A stretch of DNA of 61,884 nt, the filler included, from an uncultured virus (IMG/VR IMGVR_UViG_2061766007_001639) (lineage: Duplodnaviria; Heunggongvirae; Uroviricota; Caudoviricetes). It is 10 parts of one record of this genome, joined end to end, with 100 filler letters (N's around TTAATTAATTAA, not from the genome) between each part and the next. Parts side by side here need not be neighbours in the genome. Positions count along the whole stretch, not along the records: positions 1 to 1,532 come from IMGVR_UViG_2061766007_001639; positions 1,633 to 9,563 come from IMGVR_UViG_2061766007_001639; positions 9,664 to 35,231 come from IMGVR_UViG_2061766007_001639; 7 more parts are not named here. One strand, given 5' to 3'. Position 1 is the stretch's first letter, and every line of letters begins with the position of its first letter. The position numbers were made by a program, and so were the translations under genes. Shown in pieces: positions 1 through 10,652 of this stretch. The notes under the pieces are model-generated. The model was not told the DNA's origin and did not search any database. It saw nothing but the letters and a program-made list of their open reading frames with translations.

Positions 1-14
1 GGCGGTGACAGAAC

Positions 15-599
15 GTGTCTATAGCGGATGACGTAAAGCGCAATGTTACGATGAGCGACGTTTGCCTTGCACTTGGAATCCCAGTGACACGAAGTGGCTT
101 TTGTAGTTGCCCATTTCACGGCTCAGACAGACACCCATCCATGAAAGTGTATCCAGCAGACAGGGGATATTGTTGCTTTACATGTGGTTCTAAGGGTTCT
201 GTAATCGACTTTGTTATGCACTATAATTCCTGCACCTTCTGGGACGCCGTTAAATGGCTCAATGAGACGTTTTCTCTTGACCTTAATCTCAACGAGCGTC
301 TGGACGAAAAGGCGCTGGAGAAGGCGCGTATGGAGCGTGAGAGGCGCGAACGGGAACGTCAGGAACGGCACGAAGACGATATGCTCATCTTCGAGACTTA
401 CGTGGACGTGCAGAAGGTCATCGGCGAGTTGGAAGACGATGTGCGGCGTTATGAACCCGAACCGTGGGACGAGCACTGGAATAGCCGGTTCTGTGACGCG
501 CTGAAGAGATTGCCCGAAATGCGCGAGGCGGCGGAGGAGTTACTTGACCTGATGGAGCGCCGGAAAAGGGAAGAAAAACAACGACAAGCAAGGGAGTGA
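15..599 (+). CDS. CHC2 zinc-finger (DnaG-type) primase-associated protein
   Basis: CPFH...SMKVY...CFTCGSKGSVIDFVM motif; no TOPRIM domain follows. Confidence 0.85.
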   Translation: MSIADDVKRNVTMSDVCLALGIPVTRSGFCSCPFHGSDRHPSMKVYPADRGYCCFTCGSKGSVIDFVMHYNSCTFWDAVKWLNETFSLDLNLNERLDEKALEKARMERERRERERQERHEDDMLIFETYVDVQKVIGELEDDVRRYEPEPWDEHWNSRFCDALKRLPEMREAAEELLDLMERRKREEKQRQARE

Positions 600-832
600 C
601 ATTTGTGGATTTGACGATGTTTGACGAGCAGCCGCTGTTCGTGAAGTACTGCCGCCGACCTGGAACGCGATGCGCGAAGATAATGCAGATGATCGATGAC
701 GGCAAGACGGATGAGGAAATCGCCGAACGGTGGCGCACGACGAAGTACGACATCGCGGTGTACCGGAAGGCCCATGACGGTACATTGACCACCATCAACC
801 ACGACTATATGCCCAGCACGGAGCGAATATAA
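596..832 (+). CDS. Hypothetical phage protein, possible HTH
   Basis: Overlapping start/stop with the upstream gene; GKTDEEIAERW resembles an HTH. Confidence 0.55.
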   Translation: MTFVDLTMFDEQPLFVKYCRRPGTRCAKIMQMIDDGKTDEEIAERWRTTKYDIAVYRKAHDGTLTTINHDYMPSTERI

Positions 833-1268
833 AGGAGATGAACACGATGGAAATCACGATGAGAGAGGCTGGANNNNNNNNNNNNNNNNNNNNNNNNNNN
901 NNNNNNNNNNNNNNNNNNNNNNNNNNATGACGGAACAGCGGGATGCATTGCAGAGGAAGTGCACCGCGCTGATGGATGAGAACGCTCTGAATGAAGACGA
1001 GATCCGACAGCTCAGGCAGGAGAACAGGAACTATCGGTTCTCGCGATCCAGGGCATATCAGACCTCCCTTTCCGAGCAGGGACGCACCGTATCGTATGAC
1101 GCGCTGCACAACCTGGCGTGGATGGCGCTCNNNNNNNNNNNNNNNNNNNNNNNNNNNNNNNNNNNNNNNNNNNNNNNNNNNNNNNNNNNNNNNNNNNNNN
1201 NNNGCGATTTCCGCAGAAATGTCACTTGGAAAACACGCGAAAAATGCTGTGGGAGGAATTACTGAATC

Positions 1269-1532
1269 ATGCCTGACGAAAAGCGCATACGCATGACGGC
1301 ATCGGAACGGGAATCTCTGACGCGAATCAATCTTGGCTTGAGTTTCCTGCTGACCGAACCGCAGAACCTGGAACGGCGCACCAGGATGATCAAGAAGGGC
1401 AAGTTCTGGTTGGGCGCTGCGAGGAAGGCGTTGGAGAAATACACCGAAAGCGCCTATCTGACGGTCCCGCCGGAACAGCTCCTCACGATTCGACGCTCCA
1501 TTATGGAAACGGGCTACTACGTGGGCGTGAAG
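1269..1532 (+). CDS. Hypothetical phage protein (3' truncated by linker)
   Basis: GGAGG RBS, ATG, open frame. Confidence 0.55.
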
Positions 1533-1576
1533 NNNNNNNNNNNNNNNNNNNNNNNNNNNNNNNNNNNNNNNNNNNN

Positions 1577-1588
1577 TTAATTAATTAA
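1577..1588. other. Artificial scaffold linker TTAATTAATTAA (also at 9608, 35276, 41977, 43472, 44730, 47468, 51886, 58930)
   Basis: Identical 12-mer with stops in all six frames, always embedded in N runs. Confidence 0.95.
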
Positions 1589-1634
1589 NNNNNNNNNNNN
1601 NNNNNNNNNNNNNNNNNNNNNNNNNNNNNNNNTG

Positions 1635-1740
1635 TTCGACGAACTTGGCGATGTGCTGTGGTATCTGGCTGAGTCCGTCAGTGCGATGGGGTGGAACCTT
1701 GAAGACATTGCCCAGCACAACATCGACAAACTGGCAGGTA
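1635..1740 (+). CDS. MazG-like nucleotide pyrophosphohydrolase (fragment; not in ORF track)
   Basis: Translates FDELGDVLWYLAESVSAMGWNLEDIAQHNIDKLA, with the ELGDVLWY signature. Confidence 0.8.
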
Positions 1741-1894
1741 NNNNNNNNNNNNNNNNNNNNNNNNNNNNNNNNNNNNNNNNGGAACGCAGCCTTCACCGGA
1801 CGCTGTAGGAGCAAGGCCATGAAAGCGCTCATCTTAATCGTTTTCCTCGTCGTGCTGTATCTGTCGCTCATGATGATTTTCAAGGAGTAAAGCA

Positions 1895-2200
1895 ATGGAA
1901 CAATCCGTTACAAACACGCTGATCGCGGAAAAGGCCGCGCTGGAAAAAGCCGAGCAGGAAAAGCAAACGCATAAACGGGCGGCAAGGGAATTCTTCAATT
2001 TGCTCGAAGAACTGTACCCGCCCGGCGACGACAGCGAATACTGGGAGAAAGCTGCCGGACGGGTTTGCGAGGTCTATCAAAATGCCGGCAAACCACGACT
2101 GCTCATGTACCTCATGGTGGCGCTGATGGAATACCTGGAAGACGTTGCAAAGGAGAGCAAAGACAATGAAAAAGAGCGAGTACCTGACACTCAACGATAA
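1895..2200 (+). CDS. Hypothetical phage protein
   Basis: AAGGAG RBS, open frame. Confidence 0.6.
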   Translation: MEQSVTNTLIAEKAALEKAEQEKQTHKRAAREFFNLLEELYPPGDDSEYWEKAAGRVCEVYQNAGKPRLLMYLMVALMEYLEDVAKESKDNEKERVPDTQR

Positions 2201-2397
2201 CGCGCCGTTCGCCGTTCGGATGTGGTTTATGCGTNNNNNNNNNNNNNNNNNNNNNTAAGCTGGATTGTACTCGATTGACCGTTCGGAACTGGGAGTCCGG
2301 ACGAACCATTCCGCGCATAAGTCAGTTTGTCCAAATGTCCAAACTGTTCGGCGTCAACGCGCTGTGGCTGATGGGGCAAAACAATGGAGGGAACTGA
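2166..2397 (+). CDS. XRE-family HTH regulator (gap inside; not in ORF track)
   Basis: MKKSEYLTLNDNAPFAVRMWFMR...TVRNWESGRTIP...SKLFGVNALWLMG. Confidence 0.75.
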
Positions 2398-2398
2398 T

Positions 2399-2644
2399 AT
2401 GGTCATTCATACAGACTACGTTGTGCTGACTCCAGACGCACCGATCAGCACCCGGATCTGGTTCATGAGGGATAAACGCCGCATGTCACAGACACACGTC
2501 GCAAAGGCCGTCAACGTCAACGTCGCGACGGTCCGGAGATGGGAGAAGGGAGAATGCGAACCGTACCCTTACCAGGTGGAGAACATGGCAAAGCTGTTCA
2601 AAGTGAATACTGACTGGCTGATGACCGGAAAGGTGTGGGGTTGA
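2399..2644 (+). CDS. XRE-family HTH regulator
   Basis: MSQTHVAKAVNVNVATVRRWEKGECEP...LFKVNTDWLMTG. Confidence 0.85.
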   Translation: MVIHTDYVVLTPDAPISTRIWFMRDKRRMSQTHVAKAVNVNVATVRRWEKGECEPYPYQVENMAKLFKVNTDWLMTGKVWG

Positions 2645-2993
2645 AATGGAGTTTAAGAAGGCGATGACGATAATACGGAGGATGTGTAATAACGGGGAGG
2701 CAAACTGCGATAAATGCCCGCTGTTCCTCAGCCACAATTGCAGCGTCAGGCCGTGGGCTGATTCGGATGCTGTGCGGGTTGAAGGCATATTGGAGAAGTG
2801 GGCGAAGNNNNNNNNNNNNNNNNNAATTTTTGACATCGATTGGGGTAATCCCAAAGGTAACAATAGCTGCTACCGAAAAAACTCAATTTGATGTATCGGG
2901 GGATTGGGCAGAAGCATATGCTTTAACCCAAAATAGGATCCCTGCCGACATTGCTGAGAAACTGGGGTTGAAGCCGAAGGAGGCGAAGGACTA

Positions 2994-3444
2994 ATGAAGC
3001 GAGGCTACTTTGGAATCGGCATATTCCANNNNNNNNNNNNNNNNNNNNNNNNNNNNNNNNNNNNNNNNNNNNNNNNNNNNNNNNNNNNNNNGCAAGCGCT
3101 ATCAGACCCAATCCAGCGACACAGTCAAGGCGCCTCGGCATATTCCATTATACCACTACAAGGATTATGACGATTTCTTTCAGCATGTTCCGTATGGCTG
3201 CCCTGTTATTGCCGTAGAGCTCGCGGACAACTCTGTACCACTGGAAACCTTCGTGCATCCGGAACGGTGCATCTACCTGCTGGGCGCGGAAGATAACGGC
3301 ATACCTGAGAGCATACTCACGCGGTGTCAAAACACCGTGCAGTTGATCGGCGAAATCTGCTATAACGTTTCAACTGCTGGGAGCATCGTCATGTATGACC
3401 GGGCTGTGAAGAGGATTGAAAAAAGGGGGGGTGAAGTGGGATGA
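2994..3444 (+). CDS. SpoU/TrmH-family (SPOUT) RNA methyltransferase
   Basis: Starts MKRGYFGIGIF; SPOUT knot motifs YLLGAEDNGI and CYNVSTAGSIVMYDR. Confidence 0.8.
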
Positions 3445-6400
3445 CACTCAACCGCGATAATGTCATTATATCCGTTGAGAAGATAGACGGATTCGGCAAG
3501 AAACCCGGGCTGTGGATTGGAACGAAAGNNNNNNNNNNNNNNNNNNGTTCGGCAGTGAGGACAAGGCAAAGCAGTTTGAAAAGTGGCTGAGATACATCAT
3601 CGGGATAAGTTCGGAAGAGGTGAAGTGGCGTGACTAACCGCGAAGAAGCTGTAATTTTGTTGAGAAGTTTCTTGGAAAACAAAGAATACATGGTGTTGGT
3701 GCCAAAGACGCTGCTAAGAATCATGTATGACGCGCTGGAACAGGAAGCAGTGTGTACTATAACAATTCAAAAAGAAGTTGATTTCAGATCAGAAATTGAA
3801 TGCGTTTCTGTTTGCGGGAATTGCAGACACGAACTTGTACGTTATCCTAAAAAGTGGAACTTCTGTCCGGAATGCGGAAGGGCGGTGAAGTGGGATGGCT
3901 GAACCGACAGAGAATCAAATTTGCTCAGATTGCCTCAAGCGATTCTCGTGCGTTTTCAACGCGTTCATTCCTAAAGAAGCATGCGAGTTGTATGAATCCG
4001 ATACAGAATTCGTAAAAGAGATAATTAATTGGATAAGTCGTTATCTTGAAAGCAAACAAAAAGACAATTTGACGCGAAGCGGAAGGCCGGTGAAGTGGGA
4101 TGGCTGAGCGTGAGAAGGTTATCAAGGAGATCGCAAGAATACGCGATGAATACTTTGGCGAGATGACATCGTATGAGGGGGATGTGCTGGATGCCGCCCT
4201 CGCCCTGCTGAAAGCGCAGGGGCCGCGCGTGATGATGTTAAACGAAATGTACGACAAGCGCGGACGCGGTGAGGCCGTCTACTACGAGGATAGAGATGCG
4301 ACATGTAAGTCTCAGGATGTGTTTGTTATAGCGCAGGACAAATACCTTGACGTTGTATGGCTAAAAGCCGAAACGTATACTCTGGCGGCAAAAATGAGCA
4401 CAATGGGTAAGACGTGGCGCTGCTGGACAGCCCGACCCGATGAGAAAGTGAGGGCTGAAACGCCGTGGGAAGCACAATGAAACGGACTGACATCTGCCCT
4501 TCATGCGGCACGCGATTGCGATGGGAACCGCCCAACACATTTGTCTGCGGCGTGTGGATATGCCCTCGGTGCAAGTACAAGCGCGGAGAAGGCAGTGAGC
4601 GGAACCCATACAAGTTTCTGAGAAGGAGAAAGCGCTATGTGTAAGCTGATTGNNNNNNNNNNNNNNNNNNNNNNNNNNNNNNNNNNNNNNNNNNNNNNNN
4701 NNNNNNNNNNNNNNNNNNNNNNNNNNNNNNNNNNNNNNNNNNNNNNNNNNNNNNNNNNNNNNNNNNNNNNNNNNNNNNNNNNNNNNNNNNNNNNNCGCAA
4801 GGACAAGAGAAAGCCCGGGGAGATAGATGTGTACGGTGAGGTTGTTGACTGATGGGAAAACCGAAACGTAAGCCGCGACCGGCAATGCCGCATTGGTGGT
4901 GGCTTGGTCAGGACGGATGCTGGTTTTGCAAGAATAAGAACAACTGCAATCAGTGCAAGGCGGCGCGATTGTCAGGCAAAAGCGGCGGCAAGTTAGCGAA
5001 GAAAAGAGATAGGAGGACGAACGATGAACACTGAAGCGCTAATGATTGCATGCAGTTGGCTTGGGGTTTTAGTGGTTGCCGGTTGCGCGGTCATGATTGT
5101 CTGCTACGCTTTTGATGCAATTAGAAACATTATTCATGTATTGCGCTTGACGTACAAATACAAGCACCGCTTCGATAAACCGCCCGCGGCAATGTGTTAC
5201 TGCAAAGNNNNNNNNNNNNAATGTTCTGACGGCATGGGGCCGTGCGGGTGGCCTGGTGTAAGCAGATGGACGCCGGATAACGGATTTTGTTACGAAGCGG
5301 AACCGAGGAAGAAGGATGTTTACAATGTTCGTGCTAACAGAGACGGCAAAGGCGATTGAAGGAAATACCGATCCGAGAGTTGGCATGGTTCTTTTCATTA
5401 CGGTCGTTGTCTCAATTCCATTGCTAATATATGCAATAGTGGAGGGATTTAAGAAATGATGATCAAGATTTTCGCGCAGGGTAATGACGGCAAGATCGCT
5501 CTGACCCCGGAGGAACTGAGAAGCCTTCTCGACGAGGCGTATTGGGAAGGGTATAAGGCGAACTGCAAGACGGTCACATATACCACTCCGAACTGGACTC
5601 CTTATGTCTGGAACGGTTCATCCATCACGCTGACAACGAACGCAAACGGGACGGAATCGACGGATACGGTGTTTGTCGGGGATGCGAAGATGGAGGNNNN
5701 NNNNNNNNNNNNNNCGCGGACGCGCTGTATAATGGCGCGATGAAAGATGAGTATTTTCGATTCAAAGAGAAAGACAAAACAGGCATAGAGGTGTTTGCCT
5801 ATTCATGCGCAATGGAGCGTTTAGTCGAAGCCCTGACCGTTGACCGCTGGGTCAGCGTCAAGGACATGTTGCCGGACGAGGATGGGCGCTATCTAACGTA
5901 TCACGGCCAGAGCCAGATGAAACAAGCGTTTGGGTTGACCGGAGAAGACTTGATTAGCATAAGCACATGGAGCAAGCAACGCGGTAGTTGGTGGAGCATA
6001 GAGAATAATCGTCCTATTATTGGGATCACATATTGGCAAGTCCTTCCCGAACCGCCGAAGGAGGATGATAACGATGCCGAACAATGATTTGATTTCGAGG
6101 GCGGCGGCGATTACGCAGATTAAAGAAAACTATTGTGATTGGTGTGACCATGCTGATTTGTGCCAATCGTGTGAAACGCGAGATTGTATTGCTACGANNN
6201 NNNNNNNNNNNNNNNNNNNNNNNNNNNNNNNNNNNNNNNNNNNNNNNNNNNNNNNNNNNNNNNNNNNNNNNNNNNNNNNNGATGACGGTGCAGAAATTCA
6301 ACACTGCTATCAGTATTGCCCGTGGTGTGGGGCACGTATGATGGACGGAGGCGATAACGATGAGGCTGATTGACAGTGACGCACTGGTAAACCCGTTAAA

Positions 6401-8239
6401 GTTGCAGGCTGATTCATTTCGCAGAATTGGCGAATGGGTACGCGCTGATGCGCTGGATGACTGCATCGTCGAAATCGGCGAGCAGCCGACAGTGGACGCG
6501 GAGCCGGTTGTAAGATGCAAGCAGTGCGGACAGTGGGACGATTCGAGCGAAGGGCGGTATGTAGGCNNNNNNNNNNNNNNNNNNNNNNNNNNATGAGCAC
6601 ATCGCCGGATTGGTTCTGCGCCGATGGCGAACGCGCAGACGCGCCAACCTGCGGCCCGGACTACTGCGAGATTGGAGGCGACACAAAATGACAACACCTT
6701 TTCAAAATGATCCGATGTGTTTTGTCTGGATGGCGTTTCAGCGGCTTTTCCCGGGCAAAAAATGTGTCGTGAGTTACGACGCGGGAGTAACAGACACAGA
6801 TGGCAAGCGCGTGTATGGGTTTACGACATTTTGCGACGATGGCAGTGTATACGTTACGATTGATGCGGGACAGGCCGTGTGCAATGCGGTGGAAACGTTG
6901 GCTCATGAGCTGGCGCATGTTGCTGTCGGGGCCGAATTTGAACATGGGCCGGAATGGGAAAAAGCATTTGATGCGATTTATGAGGAGTATATCAGAGTTG
7001 GCGACGAGATTTGCCNNNNNNNNNNNNNNNTTGAAATAATCGGGGAAACGGTGCGGGTAAAGGATGGAGGCGGCGACGATGAAAGCTAAGGCGTGGTGCA
7101 TGATTCCGCACAGCAGAAATAAAGGAACATCGCTTGAAATTGAAATGAAGCCATTGGTGTTGTGCGGCGATTGTAAATACTGGAAAGATAACGGCGAGAA
7201 TGCGACGCACTGGTTGCCGTGTCAAGAAATGAGCGTCCCGCGGGATTGGTTCTGCGCAAGCGGCGAAGCAAAGGATGGAGGCGAAACCAATGGATAATTC
7301 CGTTATTATCGACGCTGTTCGTGCCGCACTGGCAAAAGGCGGGCAGCACATCATGATTGCGCCAGACGGCGGCGTGAGTATCTGGCCAGATACAGATACG
7401 ACGGTGACGCACTGCAAGGATTGCCGGAAGTGGATTGATATGCGTTACCCTGACGGCATGATCAAAGTATGTGACCTGATCGATAGGGCGACGAAACCCG
7501 ATGATTACTGTTCGCATGCGGAGGCGATTAATAAATGCCGATGACGAAACAGGGGAAATGCCCGTGGTGTGAAAAGCACAACAAAACGCTGTTCTTCTCA
7601 ATTGGTATAATGGACGGAAGACTGTGGTGTAATTGGATTTGCGCGAAATGTTTGAGTATTGCGAGAGGACTTGAATATGGGGGCGATACCGAATGAAAGC
7701 ACGTGACTGGTTCCTCGGCATAGTTGGCATATGTATGTGGATGCTCGGCGTGGCGTTCTGTGTCCGCGCTGCCATGGACCTCTACTGGGGCGGGCGATAC
7801 GTAATCAGCACCACATTCGCCTTATCCGGGTTGGTCGGACTGATCGCCTTTATCGTGGCGATTGAGTCGTATGGCAACGACCAATGACACCATTCCGCGC
7901 GTAACGTAACCGAACGAAACGTAACGACAGGAGGCGATAACAATGGTATCCAACGCACCAGGAATGACGGATAAGGAAGCCGCCCGCATCATCGTCGACG
8001 TGTTCTGCGGCCTCTCAGCACCATCCAGACGCGAGTATGTGCAGGTATTGGAATTGTGCATGGCGTTACGGATCGCGCGGTCTAAGGCAGGCAGTAACAC
8101 GCTTGGAGACGTGATACGGTGGGCGAGNNNNNNNNNNNNNNNNNNNNNNNNNTACCGCCAAGCAAGACGATGCTGGACGAGTTTATTCGATGATGAACAG
8201 CCGCCCCGAACCGAACAAACAGAAATGGACGTGACATAA
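3441..8239 (+). other. Array of about 15-20 small, tightly overlapping hypothetical phage genes, many with CxxC zinc ribbons
   Basis: Consecutive ORFs (e.g. 3630-3902, 3895-4107, 4100-4480, 4852-5034, 5024-5359, 5456-5743, 5740-6087, 7275-7544, 7693-7887, 7943-8239) with GGAGG RBS and ATGA-type overlaps. Confidence 0.7.
6688..7089 (+). CDS. HExxH zinc metallopeptidase-like protein (SprT/ImmA-like)
   Basis: TLAHELAHVAVGAEFEHGPEW. Confidence 0.65.
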   Translation: MTTPFQNDPMCFVWMAFQRLFPGKKCVVSYDAGVTDTDGKRVYGFTTFCDDGSVYVTIDAGQAVCNAVETLAHELAHVAVGAEFEHGPEWEKAFDAIYEEYIRVGDEICXXXXXXEIIGETVRVKDGGGDDES

Positions 8240-8894
8240 ATGAACAAATCAGTATGTTACTGCCTCACCCGCAACATCTACGAACGGGTGTTGCCGTCTA
8301 TCCATTCGTTGACGGCGAATAACAAAATTGACCAGATATACCTGCTCATTGAAGATGACGAGTTTCCGTACCCGTTGCCCGATAACGTTCAGATTATCAA
8401 CGTTATCAATCAGCCATACTTCCGTCCAGACGGCCCCAATTACGCTCAGAAATGGACGTATATGGTGCTCATGAGGGCTGCGTTGACGAAGTACCTTGTC
8501 CGGGAAGACCGTGTCCTCTCGCTCGATGTAGATACCATAATCCGTGGTGATATCTCGGCGCTATGGGGTTACGACCTTTCCGGGTACTACCTCGCAGGCG
8601 TTCCTGAACCGTACTGGACGGAACGGCTCGGACAGACCTACGTCAACATGGGTTCCGTGATGTTTAATCTGGAGAAGTTACGGAACGACGGAATGGATGA
8701 CAAGATTATCCAGGCGCTCAACACCACTCCGTTCAACCTGTGCGAACAGGACTGCATCAATCAGTTCTGCGCTGGACGGATCCTGGAGTTGCCTGGCGAT
8801 TACAACGCAACACGATGGACCACACCGACCGATAACGTCCTGATCAGGCACTACGCCGCAGAGTTCGGTTGGTTCGATACGGAGGATGTGCAGA
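8240..8894 (+). CDS. Glycosyltransferase family 8 (end in gap)
   Basis: DRVLSLDVDTII (DxD), YVNMGSVMFNL, EQDCIN, IRHYA. Confidence 0.85.
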
Positions 8895-8927
8895 NNNNNN
8901 NNNNNNNNNNNNNNNNNNNNNNNNNNN

Positions 8928-9778
8928 GAGGGTTTGAACTGGCAGGTACGTTAAACGGAATAAGACCCGTCTGGTGCTCAGAAGTGGAACCTTTCCCGAT
9001 CCGTGTCGAAGCGGCGCGTTTCCCCGACTGCAAGCAGCTCGGCGACGTGACGAAGATAAACGGCGCGGAGATCGAACCGGTGGATATTATCACGTTCGGG
9101 TCACCGTGTCAGGATCTGTCCGTCGCTGGCAAACANNNNNNNNNNNNNNNNNNNNNNNNNNNNNNNNNNNNNNNNNNNNNGGCTATACGAATTATCAAGG
9201 AGATGCGTAACCATGACGAGTTGGACGGGCGAACAGGTCTCGATATTCGACCTCGATTTGCCGTTTGGGAAAACGTGCCCGGAGCCTTCTCCAGCGGTAA
9301 AGGAAAAGACTTCCAAGCCGTCCTCCAAGCGTTCTGCAACGTTCGAGGGGGGGNNNNNNNNNNNNNNNNNNNNNNNNNNNNNNNNNNNNNNNNNNNNNNN
9401 NNNNNNNNNTGCTGGGTGCATCGTGGGAGACGGCTACAGCGTTGCCTGGCGTGTCTATGACGCTCAATACTGGGGCGTCCCCCAGCGTCGTAAGAGAATC
9501 TACCTTATCGCAGATTTTGCAACCGAACGCGCCGGAGAAATACTATTTAAGTCCGAAAGCATGNNNNNNNNNNNNNNNNNNNNNNNNNNNNNNNNNNNNN
9601 NNNNNNNTTAATTAATTAANNNNNNNNNNNNNNNNNNNNNNNNNNNNNNNNNNNNNNNNNNNNCGGCGCGAACGGCAGTGATAGCGCTGTTTATAAGATG
9701 GCCGGGAACGGCATAGCAATTCCTTGCGCCTATGACGTTCTGAACCACATCGCAGAGGAACTGCGGGGAGAACTTTAA
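8928..9778 (+). CDS. C5-cytosine DNA methyltransferase (fragmented by gaps and a linker)
   Basis: GFELAG, GDV, FGSPCQDLS (motif IV), WENVPG (VI), GVPQRRKRIY (VIII), YKMAGNG (X). Confidence 0.9.
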
Positions 9779-9794
9779 GAGCACCAGAAAGGAC

Positions 9795-10193
9795 GTGAAA
9801 CAGATGGTAGATTTATATCAAAGGGTTATAGGNNNNNNNNNNNNNNNNNNNNNTACTCACTATGACCATTCCGCGCTGTTTGAACGTGACGTATTTGACT
9901 TTGAAGGCCGATGCACGTCATGGCCTCCACGCCTACCCGGACAGGTGCCGTCCATCCGCAACGTCATCTTCAACCCTCCCGCCACCATCATCTACTGGAT
10001 CGACGGCACGAAGACGGTCGTTAAGTGCGGCGAGAACGACGTCTGGGACGCTGAGAAGGGCTTAGCAATGGCCGTAGCTAAGAAGGCAATGGGGAACAAG
10101 GGTAACTACAACAGGGCGCTTAAACGGTGGCTGGAAGATCGGTCAGAACGCAGCGAAACGACCCGTTCCGAGATGAAGGCAACTGGAGGCTGA
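9795..10193 (+). CDS. Conserved phage hypothetical protein
   Basis: VIFNPPATIIYWIDGTKTVVKC...DAEKGLAMA pattern familiar from gut phages. Confidence 0.6.
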   Translation: MKQMVDLYQRVIXXXXXXXXTHYDHSALFERDVFDFEGRCTSWPPRLPGQVPSIRNVIFNPPATIIYWIDGTKTVVKCGENDVWDAEKGLAMAVAKKAMGNKGNYNRALKRWLEDRSERSETTRSEMKATGG

Positions 10194-10652
10194 TTGCGAA
10201 CCATGAAAATCATCCTGAACAGCAACAGCAGTAACGACAACAAGCCGATCCGTTTTACCTGTTCCAGGTGCGGCACGGTATTCGATGCGGACAGAAACGA
10301 GTATGACATGTCGGTCAATTTCCGAAACGAACCGTACTGCGTATGTAACTGTCCGAAATGCAACTCGACGGTCTATTACTATCCGTTTTGATAGTATAAT
10401 TGCCGGTACATGCCTTCGGTATACTGACTGAATTTTTATACACCGCGCAGGCATATTGCACAGCTTATCAACATCGTGTTGTGGATAATATATTACGAAA
10501 GTATTACAACAGGCGTTTGGGACGATTTTTATAGAATCAGATCCACAAATTAGTATTTTTGAGGACTTTATTTTCTGTCGTGCTTGCGCGGTGTGCCCTA
10601 ATCGGNNNNNNNNNNTCATCATGCCCGACATCAGAAACGCAGGAGGCAATAC

